A stretch of DNA of 64,000 nt, taken from positions 32,001-96,000 of the forward strand of contig JBEGVH010000040.1 of assembly GCA_041178425.1 (NCBI GenBank), in the 5' to 3' direction. The position numbers and the translations under genes are program-made. The notes beneath the pieces were generated by a model. It made no database searches. It worked only from the letters and a program-made list of their open reading frames with translations, and was not told the DNA's origin. Positions 54,140-64,000 of this stretch are shown in pieces (the first letter of the stretch is position 1; each line of letters opens with the position of its first letter). Origin of the DNA: Pseudomonadota bacterium (GTDB lineage: Bacteria > Bdellovibrionota > Bdellovibrionia > Bdellovibrionales > Bdellovibrionaceae).

Positions 54140-56926
54140 ATGTTGTTGAAACAGCCCTTACAGTTTATGATGCGTTTGTTGGTTCTTGGACTCTTTGTGT
54201 TTGTGAACGCCTGTCGAGGTCTTCAGAGTCAAAGTGCTAAGGATTTGTTTTTAAGCGGGCGCTTGCCGAAATCCTTAGAACGTTTGGCCAATCAAGATTA
54301 TCAGCTTCGCGCAAAGGAATCTGAGATTGTAGCGCGTGTTCAGAAAGACGCCTTAAATCCTAATCTTTTGACGGTGGCAGTGATTGATAATGGAATCGAT
54401 TTGGCGCATCCTGATCTCATTCATCAGTTGGCATTCGATGTTCGTGAGGGGCGCGTTGTTGGTGCCGGATACGACTTTATGGGTGAGGATGCTTGGGGGT
54501 CGTCGAATCTCATTAATGCTAATATTTTTGCTTTTGGTGCTAAGAGCATAGAAAAAGGTCTCATTGCAGGACCTCTAGAAAATCCAATTCAAACCTTGCG
54601 TGAAATGAACGAAGAATTTTGGAAGAGTCTCGACGGCGAGTTTGCAGCTCAGCCTCAACTCCAAAAATCATTGTTTTCTAAATTAAATCGGTCCAATTTT
54701 TCGTTGATTGGGGCTTTTAGTTTGGTGAATTATCAAAGTCTGTCATTAAAAGCCTACGAGAAAAATAAAAAAGAGAAAAAGCTTATTAACTTTCAAAGCA
54801 AAGAAAAAATGCTTAAGGACAGTCGCTTTGGCGGCCAAAAAGAAGTGGCTCAGTACATCGAGAATGCTTGGACATTAAATCCTGATCGTGGTCTTCCAGC
54901 AGAGGTTGCCTCTGCTGTCTTGCCAAGTTTGGAGCACGCGGATCTATTTTGGCAAGCCATTGAAAAATCTCTCGATAAGATGCCGGAGTCTCATTCTTTT
55001 AAGAGGGCTTTTAATTCCTATGTAGAATTTATGGCGCAACGAAGCCGTTCTTTTGATCGCGGCCATGATGCAACAATGATGAATCTCTTGCAGTCGCTTT
55101 CAAGCGCTCTCAGTTTTTCGAACACGTCAAGATCGTCTATCGATCCGTTGTCGGCCTTGAAGGTGAGTTTGCGAGATCTCTCGCGAACAGAAGGGGTTTT
55201 CTCGGAGTTCAGTAAAAATAGTTTATTTCAATCCGGCCGCTCCGAATCAGAGGCCCTGCAATCGACGATCAACCGATTTGAGTCGATTGTTCAGTTTAAA
55301 GAGAAGCAAGCATCACTCGCGCCAGATGAAGAAAAATACATTGCTGCGAGCAAAAAAATGATTGGAGCTTTACGTGAAGCCAGTCGTTGGGTGGTTGATG
55401 AGAGGTCTCTTGATCAAAGCGGTAAACGAGAAGATCTTGCCAGTGCTTATCGACGCTATGCCATTCGTGCCAGCCACCCTTTTTTAAGTGGCCAATCTGC
55501 CACATCGACGCATGGATCTCATGTGGGAGGCAAAATCGCCATTGCTCATCCAGACATTCGTATACTGCCTGTTCGAGTCACAACTCAAACGGTCGACATT
55601 GCTCCGGCCACCTTAGAGTTGATGAGAGCGAATTTTACGAAAGACTTTCAACTCTGGATCATGGAGCCCCTGGTTTACAAAGCCGTGGGTGAAACATTGG
55701 GATCGGTTTATCCTGATCTGGATTTTTCACCAAAGAGTCGAGCAGAAACCGCAAGACTTTTGATGAAGCGTTTGCAGGCCCCAATCCAAAGATCTTTTTA
55801 CAGTAAAGGTCTGGAGTACAAATTTTTGGGAGAAGTGAAAGCGGCCCTCGCCTTTGTCGGTGAACGCAAGGTGAAGCTGGCCAACATATCATTGGGTATT
55901 AATTTTGAAAAGGCTCCAACTTCGGTGAGATCAGAGAATCAGGAGTTTGCCCTTGAACGGGCCTTCGACTTTTTACGTTATGAATACTTTAAGTATCGAA
56001 TCGCTGAGACCATTGAGAAAAAGGCCCCCCACACGCTCTTTGTGATAGCTTCGGGAAATGACGGCAAATGGATAGACGGGCAATCGCGAAGTGCCCTTCC
56101 AGTGGATATTTCTTCTCCGTGGTTGGAGGAGTATCAAGAAGATCTTAAAATAGAAGCGCCCAATAATCGCATGAAGAATGTTCTTGGGGTCGGGAGTATA
56201 GATCCAAAACATCGTTTGTCGTCCTTTTCAAATATTCCAATTAACGTGCGAACGCCCTTTGTCTTGGCCGAAGGCGAGAGTGTACTTTCTGCTATTAAGA
56301 CGACTGATTTAGAAGCGGTTGAACAAATGATGAAAAAGAAATTTCCCGAAATCGAAAATATTTTGCGTCTCGATTTATCGAGTGGCGAGCTGAGCGGGTG
56401 GATGGAAGAAAACTTCAGGGGTTTAGAAGGTCTCTCCGTCGAAGAGCGCAAGGAGCTGCAAGACCATTTATCTCTCGGGATTATGAAAGATGCGGCAGCG
56501 ATTGGTGAAATGTTACAGGTTCTTAAGCTTCATCTTTTTATGAAGTTTCCGGAGCATAGAGCCCGCTTGACGGGAACCTCGATGGCAACCCCCACCGTGG
56601 TGGGAATCCTCTCTGAGAAGGTTATTGAAAAAGCGAAGAAATTAGGGGTTCCGGTAAAAGAACTGTATGATCATCCCGAGTTCACACCGGCTCGTTTGGT
56701 CGAGGATGTTTTTGCTCGTGCCGAACCACTCAGTCGGCGATCGGTCGGAATTTCGTTGGCGAAACTCGTCGGAGATAAAAAACAAGCGGAGGGTCCCTCA
56801 ATTCAAAAGATGGATTTGCAGATAGAAAAGTTTTTTAGCCTCGGACCTCAAGGAACCTTGCTGCAGGTTGGCGATTATCAGTCGATGTCTTGCCGTCGAC
56901 TGTTTTCGGTTGATTTTGCTCTCTGA
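54140..56926 (+). CDS. Subtilisin-family (S8) serine peptidase lipoprotein with large insertions
   Basis: VAVIDNGID, THGSHVGG, ASGNDG oxyanion Asn, LTGTSMATP; SD GGAGG before ATG 54140; lipobox VNAC. Confidence 0.88.
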   Translation: MLLKQPLQFMMRLLVLGLFVFVNACRGLQSQSAKDLFLSGRLPKSLERLANQDYQLRAKESEIVARVQKDALNPNLLTVAVIDNGIDLAHPDLIHQLAFDVREGRVVGAGYDFMGEDAWGSSNLINANIFAFGAKSIEKGLIAGPLENPIQTLREMNEEFWKSLDGEFAAQPQLQKSLFSKLNRSNFSLIGAFSLVNYQSLSLKAYEKNKKEKKLINFQSKEKMLKDSRFGGQKEVAQYIENAWTLNPDRGLPAEVASAVLPSLEHADLFWQAIEKSLDKMPESHSFKRAFNSYVEFMAQRSRSFDRGHDATMMNLLQSLSSALSFSNTSRSSIDPLSALKVSLRDLSRTEGVFSEFSKNSLFQSGRSESEALQSTINRFESIVQFKEKQASLAPDEEKYIAASKKMIGALREASRWVVDERSLDQSGKREDLASAYRRYAIRASHPFLSGQSATSTHGSHVGGKIAIAHPDIRILPVRVTTQTVDIAPATLELMRANFTKDFQLWIMEPLVYKAVGETLGSVYPDLDFSPKSRAETARLLMKRLQAPIQRSFYSKGLEYKFLGEVKAALAFVGERKVKLANISLGINFEKAPTSVRSENQEFALERAFDFLRYEYFKYRIAETIEKKAPHTLFVIASGNDGKWIDGQSRSALPVDISSPWLEEYQEDLKIEAPNNRMKNVLGVGSIDPKHRLSSFSNIPINVRTPFVLAEGESVLSAIKTTDLEAVEQMMKKKFPEIENILRLDLSSGELSGWMEENFRGLEGLSVEERKELQDHLSLGIMKDAAAIGEMLQVLKLHLFMKFPEHRARLTGTSMATPTVVGILSEKVIEKAKKLGVPVKELYDHPEFTPARLVEDVFARAEPLSRRSVGISLAKLVGDKKQAEGPSIQKMDLQIEKFFSLGPQGTLLQVGDYQSMSCRRLFSVDFAL

Positions 56927-56960
56927 CAAGAAAAGAATTCGAAACATAAGAGGTGAACGC

Positions 56961-57755
56961 ATGGAACTTCAAAAATTACTTAGTAGCATGTGGATTGATT
57001 ATCGTACTTTAAATCCGTCGGCAGGAAAAATCTTTGATTTATTCACCGCCGAAGGGGAGAACGTGGTCAATGATCATATTGCTCTAAGAACATTTAAGCA
57101 TCCAAGACTCGGTTTGGAATCAATGGCCAAAACGTTTAAAATGTTAGGTTATTGCGAGATGAATGACTACCATTTTAAAGCAAAAAAACTTTATGCCAAA
57201 CACTACGAGCACTCTGATGAAACAATGCCAAAAATTTTTATTTCGGAGTTGTTGTTAGAGCAAATGTCGGTGGCGACTCAGGCTGCAGTTGAATCAATCA
57301 TCGAACAAATTCCTGATTCCGTAATCAATAGCCCGGAATTTTCCTTGTCTGGAAGAAGTTGGAATCTCTCTTACAAAACGTATGAGCAATTAGCGGCCGA
57401 AAGTGAGTATGCTTCTTGGCTGGCAGCGGTTGGTTTCCGTCCGAACCATTTTACGGTGTTTGTTAATAATATGAAAAAGTATAATACGATTCAAAAGGTT
57501 AATGAGCTTCTTGAAGCCCGTGGATATGCTCTCAATGCTTCTGGCGGTAAAATCAAAGGCACCCCCGAAGAGCTCCTTGAACAAAGCTCAACCATGGCAG
57601 AATTGGTGAGAGTGGGTTTCGATGACGGCTTCCATGAAGTGCCAGGTTGCTACTACGAATTTGCCCGGCGCTACCAAGATCAGTCAGGACGCCTTTATCA
57701 AGGTTTTGTTGCTACATCGGCCGACAAGATTTTTGAATCAACTAATCGAATGTAA
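56961..57755 (+). CDS. DUF1338 family protein (2-oxoadipate dioxygenase/decarboxylase, HglS-like)
   Basis: NDHIALRTF, PKIFISEL, ESEYASW, NHFT, LEQSST, YYEFARR, ADKIFEST. Confidence 0.88.
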   Translation: MELQKLLSSMWIDYRTLNPSAGKIFDLFTAEGENVVNDHIALRTFKHPRLGLESMAKTFKMLGYCEMNDYHFKAKKLYAKHYEHSDETMPKIFISELLLEQMSVATQAAVESIIEQIPDSVINSPEFSLSGRSWNLSYKTYEQLAAESEYASWLAAVGFRPNHFTVFVNNMKKYNTIQKVNELLEARGYALNASGGKIKGTPEELLEQSSTMAELVRVGFDDGFHEVPGCYYEFARRYQDQSGRLYQGFVATSADKIFESTNRM

Positions 57756-57789
57756 GTTTTAAAAAATAACGGTTCTTTCAAAGGTCAGC

Positions 57790-57821
57790 AACGAGCCCCC
57801 ATTGAGGGGCTCGTTTTTTTT
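57790..57821 (+). terminator. Rho-independent terminator
   Basis: AACGAGCCCC-CATTGA-GGGGCTCGTT followed by a T run. Confidence 0.88.
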
Positions 57822-57854
57822 GGGCAAGGCATCCATGAAGTGTTCATTGGACCT

Positions 57855-58484
57855 CTAGAGCAATAAATTATGGCCGTAGAGATGCAGTAGATTGTCTGCT
57901 ATGGCTTCAAAATCAGAAGATTTTTTTAAGTCAATTCCAATGAATTTTGAGTGAAGATCGTTTCGGCGACAAAGCATATTTAAAGTAGAAAAGAGCATTA
58001 AAGTGATAAAGCGCGGATCAATGGACTCTTTGAGGAGATTGAGCTTTTTTGCGCAAGAGTAAAATTCCTCTAACATACGAAACACATCTAAAAGTTGATT
58101 CTCAAATCGGTGTAAAATAGATTTTGAAAGTACCTTTTCGCACTCTCTGTTGAGAAGGAGGTAGAGCTCAGGATCTTGAAGGTATCTGTTGAGCAGATGG
58201 TGAATATACAGATTCAAATTCTCAATAAAATCGTGCTTGGTCTGAGGGGTCTTTAAAATCGCGCGAGTCGACTCCCTGCCAATTTGAGTAAAGTCCTCAA
58301 GAATGGCATAGTAGAGTTCTTTTTTACCACCAAAGTGGTAGTTGATAAGGGCCGGGTTAGAACGACTCTTCAGTCCGATTTCTTTGACCGTCACGGAATC
58401 AAAACCCTTATTGGCAAAGAGCGACTTGGCGGCGCCCTTGATTTTAGAGGTCGTGTTGTAGGGGAGACTTTTGCTCAACTTCAT
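57855..58484 (-). CDS. TetR/AcrR family transcriptional regulator
   Basis: AAKSLFANKGFDSVTVKEIG...ALINYHFGGKKELY. Confidence 0.92.
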   Translation of the reverse strand: MKLSKSLPYNTTSKIKGAAKSLFANKGFDSVTVKEIGLKSRSNPALINYHFGGKKELYYAILEDFTQIGRESTRAILKTPQTKHDFIENLNLYIHHLLNRYLQDPELYLLLNRECEKVLSKSILHRFENQLLDVFRMLEEFYSCAKKLNLLKESIDPRFITLMLFSTLNMLCRRNDLHSKFIGIDLKKSSDFEAIADNLLHLYGHNLLL

Positions 58485-61400
58485 TTTCAACCTTTTCTAT
58501 TTTAATAAGTTCAAGATCTTGGTTTTGACTTCGAAAAAAACTTTTCATCCAACGATTAAAGCTCTCAATATATCCATAGGCCGCAGGAATAATTACTAGG
58601 GTGAGGATCGTCGAGCTGATCAAACCTCCTATGATGGCAATACCCATACTAGTTCTTTGTTTTGAGGCTTCATTCAGACCAATGGCCACTGGCAACATTC
58701 CGGCAATGAGGGCAAAACTTGTCATGAGGATAGGACGAAGCCGTGTGCGCCCTGCGGAAATGATAGCATCGCGTTCTGGAACACCCGAGGCCTTGAGTTG
58801 AAGTGTGTAATCCACCAAGAGGATCGAGTTTTTGGTGGCCACTCCGAGCAGCATCACACAGCCAATCATTGAATACATATCGAGAGTCTTCTGAGTTATG
58901 AACAAAGCAAAGAAGGCTCCACAAACTGCAAGCGGCAGAACTAACATGATGGTGAAAGGGAGAATAAACGATTCATAAAGACTCGATAACACGAGGTAAA
59001 TAAATAAAACCCCAAGGCCAACGGCAACGACCATGCTCGTGCCGAGCTCTTGGAAGTTTTGGGCCTGACCACTGAAAGAATAGGAAATTCCAAGCGGTAG
59101 TTTTAACTCACCCTTTGTTGTCATGGATTTGATATCTGCGATTGCACCACCCATACCGGGCCCGCTAGGGGCAATATCGGCACCGATCGTGACGGAACGA
59201 TTTCGGTTTTCACGATTGATCGTTGCAGGTCCAATGCGTTCTTCGGTTCGAGCAATCATATTTATGGGTACTAATTTGCTATTAATGTTTGGCACTGTAA
59301 TGTTATTGAGGCGGTTTCGAAGGTCTCTTTGTTCTGGCTGAGATCGGACTCGAACGTTGTATTCGATTCCATTGTCTCGAAGAACCGCTGGGGTTACGCC
59401 CTCGACGAGAGTTCTTAGTTCAGCACCTGCTAATTTGGTAGAAACCCCAAATTGTTCGGCCCGGATCGGATCGATCACTATTTGAAATTCAGGTTTACCC
59501 TTTGATACAGAAGAAGATGCGTCTTTAAGGGCCGGATGTGATTTTAGTTTTTCATAAACCTTTGAGGTATAAGCCTCGAGCTCCTCAAGATTTGCACCGC
59601 TAAATACAACGTTAAAAGGACGCTGACCGCCACCAACGGCATCCATATCGGAGACGATAGGTTTGTATTCTTTAAAAGCTTTAAGTTCCTCACGAAGAAC
59701 TTCCTTCACCTGGCTGGTCGACAGCTTTCTTTCTTTTGAGCCTTTCAAGATCAAGGTGAATGTTGCTTTGTGATTTTCTAAATCGCGATTCCCAATGACC
59801 ATGAGGAGGCGATCTAATTCTTTATGACTCTGAATGAGAGAAGCAATTTTAAATCCCACCTCTTGAGTTTGATCAAGCGTCGAACCAGGTTTTAGTTCGA
59901 AGCTGATCTGGAATTCTCCGTTGTCTTGTGGGGGAAGAAAAGTCTTCGGTACGAATTTGAGAATAAGAAGGCTTGCGATGAATAGGCCTATTCCACCAAG
60001 GAGGACTTTTTTTCGATGATTGAGGGTATGAATCAAAATGGCCTCATAGGTGTTTTCAAGATAGGTTTGAAAACGATCAAAGGACTTGATCGCCACCCCA
60101 AAAGTGCGGTCGTATTGAGACTCGATGCGATTGAGAATAGTTCCCCAGAGTCCATGGCGTTGTTTTGTTTCTGAGTGAGCCCCAGCAAAGTAGGCGGAGA
60201 GCATAGGGGCCATGGTGAGGGCATCAAAAAGGCTGATGAGCATCGCAAAGCAAATGGTCATCCCGAATTGTTTAAAAAATTGCCCAACCACTCCATCAAG
60301 AAAAGCAATGGGGCCAAAGACCGCAAGAACAGTAAAGGTTGTAGCAATCACGGCAAGGGTGACTTCTTTAGTCCCTTCATAAGCGGCTTTAAAAGGGGAA
60401 TGCCCCATTTCGAGGTGTCTAAAAATATTCTCCCGAACAACAATTGCATCATCAATCAAAAGACCAACGGCCAAGCTCAACGCCAAGAGTGTCATGATAT
60501 TAACAGTGAATCCGCTGAGAGCCATCAAAATAAAGGCACCAAGTAGGGAGTTGGGGAGAGCGATACTGGTGATGAGGGTTGAACGAAAGTTTCCAAGAAA
60601 AAATAAAACCACCAATATTGTTAGGATTGTTCCTATAAAGATGGACTCGTAAACATCGTCGACGTTTGCTTTAATCGGTTTTGAGTTGTCGCGAATGATA
60701 TTGATTCGATAGGGGATCTGCTGCTCGATGTTTTTTTCGTTAATTTCGGCAACCTTCTTTTTAAGAGCGTTAACAACCGCAATCGTGTTCGATCCTGATT
60801 GTTTGAAAATCCATAAGTTCAGCGAACGGTTGCCATTGAAAAAGGCGCGTGCTCTTTCGTCTTCGAGGGTGTCATTAATGGTTGCCAAGTCTTTCACTCG
60901 AACCGGTGTTTCGTTAGCAAAAAAATTAACAATGGTGTTGGCGATTTCTTGAGGGTTCTGGAATTCAGCTAAAGTTCGGTAAACGAGTTCCCCTTCAGAG
61001 TTGGCGACCTTTCCGGCAGGAATATTTTGCCCTGCTGAGCCTATACGTTGCGCTACTTGTTGCGCTGAAATGCCATAGGCGCGGAGTTTGTCTTGATCGA
61101 GCTCAACGTGGATTTCACGTTTACGTCCACCGAGAATTTCTACGAGTCCGACCTGCTCGATCTGTTGTAGTTGAGGTTTAATGACCTCACTGGCGTAATC
61201 ATACAACTCACTTGGTTTTAGGTTGCCCGTGATCCCGATACTGAGAATGGGTTGATCGGCGGGGTCAATGCGGCGAACGCTGTAGTCATCGACATCGTCG
61301 GGGAGCTTTCGTTTGACCGAACCCATTTTGTCGCGAATTTGTTGCTCGGCGTATTTAACGTCTGTCTTAAGAGAGAATTCGGCAATCACCACCGAAGCGC

Positions 61401-61659
61401 CTTCTTTATTGATAGAGCGCAGAGTTTTTATCCCTGAGATCGAGCTCAGTTCATCTTCGATGACTTTTGATACCAAGGTTTCCACCTCTTTGGGGCCAGC
61501 CCCCGGATAAGGTGTGGTTACGGTCACAACGGGAAAGGTCACATCTGGAAATAGATCAATAGGGAGTTTTAAGAGCGAGAGTGCTCCTACGGCTAAAATC
61601 AAAAAGAAAATGCACGTGATAAAAATTGGTCTTTTTATTGATGTGGAGACAATATTCAT
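58444..61659 (-). CDS. RND efflux transporter permease (AcrB family)
   Basis: LPIDLFP, GLLIDDAIVVRENI, ATKNSILLVD, RLRPILMTS. Confidence 0.96.
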   Translation of the reverse strand: MNIVSTSIKRPIFITCIFFLILAVGALSLLKLPIDLFPDVTFPVVTVTTPYPGAGPKEVETLVSKVIEDELSSISGIKTLRSINKEGASVVIAEFSLKTDVKYAEQQIRDKMGSVKRKLPDDVDDYSVRRIDPADQPILSIGITGNLKPSELYDYASEVIKPQLQQIEQVGLVEILGGRKREIHVELDQDKLRAYGISAQQVAQRIGSAGQNIPAGKVANSEGELVYRTLAEFQNPQEIANTIVNFFANETPVRVKDLATINDTLEDERARAFFNGNRSLNLWIFKQSGSNTIAVVNALKKKVAEINEKNIEQQIPYRINIIRDNSKPIKANVDDVYESIFIGTILTILVVLFFLGNFRSTLITSIALPNSLLGAFILMALSGFTVNIMTLLALSLAVGLLIDDAIVVRENIFRHLEMGHSPFKAAYEGTKEVTLAVIATTFTVLAVFGPIAFLDGVVGQFFKQFGMTICFAMLISLFDALTMAPMLSAYFAGAHSETKQRHGLWGTILNRIESQYDRTFGVAIKSFDRFQTYLENTYEAILIHTLNHRKKVLLGGIGLFIASLLILKFVPKTFLPPQDNGEFQISFELKPGSTLDQTQEVGFKIASLIQSHKELDRLLMVIGNRDLENHKATFTLILKGSKERKLSTSQVKEVLREELKAFKEYKPIVSDMDAVGGGQRPFNVVFSGANLEELEAYTSKVYEKLKSHPALKDASSSVSKGKPEFQIVIDPIRAEQFGVSTKLAGAELRTLVEGVTPAVLRDNGIEYNVRVRSQPEQRDLRNRLNNITVPNINSKLVPINMIARTEERIGPATINRENRNRSVTIGADIAPSGPGMGGAIADIKSMTTKGELKLPLGISYSFSGQAQNFQELGTSMVVAVGLGVLFIYLVLSSLYESFILPFTIMLVLPLAVCGAFFALFITQKTLDMYSMIGCVMLLGVATKNSILLVDYTLQLKASGVPERDAIISAGRTRLRPILMTSFALIAGMLPVAIGLNEASKQRTSMGIAIIGGLISSTILTLVIIPAAYGYIESFNRWMKSFFRSQNQDLELIKIEKVENEVEQKSPLQHDL

Positions 61660-61667
61660 AGTTGTTC

Positions 61668-63119
61668 CTAATTCTTTGACTTTACAAGCTCGTCGCGAGT
61701 CGCTTGATATTCATAGATTGATAATTGGTAATCAGCGAGAGCAGCACTCAGTGAAGACTTGGCTCTAAAATAAGTTCCGTAATCAATAATCAGTTCCGCC
61801 GTTGTGATGCGGCCGAAACGGTGATTTTTTTCTTGGTTTTTAACGGCCTCTTCCCACAACCGCACTGTTTCTTGTGCATTAACGGCAATGATGTATTTGG
61901 ATTGAAGATTGCGTTGGGTGCGATCAAGAGCTTCAACGAGGTCGTTGCGGAGTTTGGCTTGGTTATTGAGAGCTTCTTCGAAAGCCACCTTTTTTGAAAG
62001 ACTTTCGGCTTTTTGCGCTGATCCACCCCAGCGCATAATGAGTTCGAGGCCGACGCTGTATTTTGGATGCTCACGATGGTTCATTTCCGAGAGAGCCACG
62101 CTGTCGCTCTTGTCCAGGCCAGAGTAAGTGGCTTGGCTGGTGAGAAGAAGATTGGCCATTCGATTATTTGCAGCCGCTTCTTTTTCTGCCTGGGCGGCCT
62201 CAATTTGTAAAACCATGGATTTTGATTTTCGCAAGTCTTCAATGGTGGGAGATTGGCTCACAGCCATGGGCGAAGGAATTATTTCTGGAAGAGCGATCGT
62301 GACCTCCTCGGGCGCTGTTGCGTTGATCACGGTGTAGAGTCTTTCGATCAGATTGAGGTATTGGAGTGATGCGCTTTTCACATTTCGTTCTTGAGTTTGT
62401 AGCTCTGCTTTAGTTTTAGTGAGTTCACTTTTGTCGTCAAAACCCATACTGCTCTTTTGCTTTACCGATTTTACCAAGAGAATGTATTTGTCTCTCGCAG
62501 CTAAGCTTTGCTTGAGGTTTTCTTGTGCAGCATAAGCATCGAGATAGATCTTAATCGCTTGAAGAACGATGTCTTCAGAGGCTTCATCTCGCTCGAGGTC
62601 CGATCGTTGATATTGTTTTTCGGCGGCATCAAAAGAGCGACGATCGCGGTATCCAAAAATATTATTCAATAAATCCTGTTTAAACGTCAAAGAGGTAAGA
62701 TGGTAGTATTGAATAGGAATGGCGGCGGTTTGCCGCATAAATGCTCCTAAATCGCTTTCTCTGTGGAGGTAGGAGTAATCAATTCCAAGTTGCGATCCTG
62801 TTGAGAAGCGCCGACTAAGACCGAAACCGAGGCTGTTGTTTAGATCGCGGTCATTGTTGAGCCCGCCTATAGCCTCGATGCGCGAGTCTTCTTTTTGGCC
62901 TTTTAAATACATCTGAGTGTCAAAGTTGGCATTGACCTGCAAAAGCGAAAGCTCTGCCTTTTGAAAGGTGAGGGTGACATCTTTATGATAAAGACCCTTT
63001 GAAAGAGCCATTTCTATGACGTCTTGAATGGTTAAAGGCATTGGACTCGCTCTAACTATGGCTGGCGAGAGAGTGGTCAGGATTAAAAATAATAAGGGGA
63101 TCAAGATCAGTTTCGTCAT
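61668..63119 (-). CDS. TolC-family outer membrane efflux protein
   Basis: ATG 63119 coupled to the upstream stop; signal peptide, LTIQDVIEMAL, two OEP-like repeats, RFGRITTAEL; directly upstream of the RND gene. Confidence 0.85.
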   Translation of the reverse strand: MTKLILIPLLFLILTTLSPAIVRASPMPLTIQDVIEMALSKGLYHKDVTLTFQKAELSLLQVNANFDTQMYLKGQKEDSRIEAIGGLNNDRDLNNSLGFGLSRRFSTGSQLGIDYSYLHRESDLGAFMRQTAAIPIQYYHLTSLTFKQDLLNNIFGYRDRRSFDAAEKQYQRSDLERDEASEDIVLQAIKIYLDAYAAQENLKQSLAARDKYILLVKSVKQKSSMGFDDKSELTKTKAELQTQERNVKSASLQYLNLIERLYTVINATAPEEVTIALPEIIPSPMAVSQSPTIEDLRKSKSMVLQIEAAQAEKEAAANNRMANLLLTSQATYSGLDKSDSVALSEMNHREHPKYSVGLELIMRWGGSAQKAESLSKKVAFEEALNNQAKLRNDLVEALDRTQRNLQSKYIIAVNAQETVRLWEEAVKNQEKNHRFGRITTAELIIDYGTYFRAKSSLSAALADYQLSIYEYQATRDELVKSKN

Positions 63120-63976
63120 TACAAATCGTATCCAAAGCCCAAATGGAATCGTTCCATTTCGGTTGCGATTGGTTTTTCTGCGAGGGGCCATTGCTTATGA
63201 AGCTCCAAAAGGGAGTACCAGCGGGCGCTCAATTGTATTTTTGTTTGAGCGTTGAGGGCCAATGCGGGATTCCATCGAGACCAACGGGCATCAATGGCAG
63301 CGCCATTTTGCTGCCAGAGTTCTTCAACGACAGAGCCGGTGAGTCCGAAGCGAAGGGTGTCTTCAATGAGGCTTTTTTCGAGACTAATCCCCGCGTGAAG
63401 ATTCATATAAAGTATTTCGACATTCGAAAGGGTGTAACCATTGGTGTGTTGGAGGTGAATGTTTTTTTCTCCCACACCCGTTCCAAATAAAATACCAACC
63501 TGGTGTCCTCGCTCGTCGTCCTTAATAAGCCAACGCTGAATTTGGGCGGAAATCACCGGAATCGATGCAACCTGTGAAAGATCATAGGTCTGTTTTCCGA
63601 TCATGCTGACCGCGCCTCCTGGTGAGACAGTAGAGAATGTTAGGGCGGCTTCGGTAAAAGTGGGCGTCACGATCGACAGTGGAGTAGGTAAGTTGCGAAC
63701 TTGGAGTGGAGCCTTATGATTAGCCTTACTTTTTATTTTTGCTTGGAGTGGCTCGAGAGAAAGTTCTTGCTCGGCCTTGCCGCGAAGTGACATTACTGTG
63801 TCGCTTGAGGCCTTGTCTTTTTTGACAGGCAGAGTCATTGGGGCTGACGCCGAAAAGGAAGCGAGGGTGTGGAGAATTATTAGGAAACAGACCACCCCTT
63901 GAGTATGAGCGCGGCACTGAGGGAGAGAGGGGAAAAAAAAGTTTTCTCTTAGCACTTTAAGCTCCTTGATTGACAA
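63119..63976 (-). CDS. Hypothetical exported protein, possible outer-membrane barrel
   Basis: Hydrophobic signal-like segment, amphipathic strands, C-terminal FHLGFGYDL; start codon uncertain. Confidence 0.55.
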   Translation of the reverse strand: MSIKELKVLRENFFFPSLPQCRAHTQGVVCFLIILHTLASFSASAPMTLPVKKDKASSDTVMSLRGKAEQELSLEPLQAKIKSKANHKAPLQVRNLPTPLSIVTPTFTEAALTFSTVSPGGAVSMIGKQTYDLSQVASIPVISAQIQRWLIKDDERGHQVGILFGTGVGEKNIHLQHTNGYTLSNVEILYMNLHAGISLEKSLIEDTLRFGLTGSVVEELWQQNGAAIDARWSRWNPALALNAQTKIQLSARWYSLLELHKQWPLAEKPIATEMERFHLGFGYDL

Positions 63977-64000
63977 CTTTGTAAAAAGAGATAAACCACT

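Noticed and set aside
1..64000. CRISPR array, tRNA or rRNA genes, prophage
   Set aside because: No regularly spaced direct repeats, cloverleafs, rRNA-like tracts or phage structural genes seen.

Overview
Bacterial chromosomal segment, most likely from a Bdellovibrionota-type predator (inferred from the gene repertoire: TIGR02147 protein, GYF-PilZ protein, many Cys-rich lipoproteins, SWIB protein, type III GS). Housekeeping genes (purF 3' part, class I fumarase, mutS, UvrD/Rep helicase, bolA, ettA, map, ahcY, glnA type III, truA, bglX, DUF1338, TolC-RND-TetR) alternate with accessory material. The main points of interest are: (i) a MotA/MotB-like ion-motor pair (48596-50388) whose MotB keeps the channel Asp but has a YfaP/DUF2135-like domain where the OmpA peptidoglycan anchor normally sits, and whose MotA lacks the usual FliG-contact motif; it converges on a 10-kb operon of four large Cys-rich surface lipoproteins (two DUF1566/C-type-lectin-tipped paralogs with a YxYxxxYGGRxxxC repeat, and two beta-propeller paralogs); (ii) an HUH/RAYT-type tyrosine transposase bracketed by inverted TGGGGACAGAC repeats, with the same motif clustered over the next 7 kb, including inside coding sequences; (iii) three unrelated 130-160 bp intergenic cruciform elements; (iv) an unannotated lytic-transglycosylase lipoprotein, a probably nuclease-dead HNH-AP2 protein, and a free-standing PcrA-type Tudor domain in front of a Tudor-less helicase. 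No rRNA, tRNA, CRISPR array or reverse transcriptase was seen. All family calls come from motif recognition by eye, not database searches.
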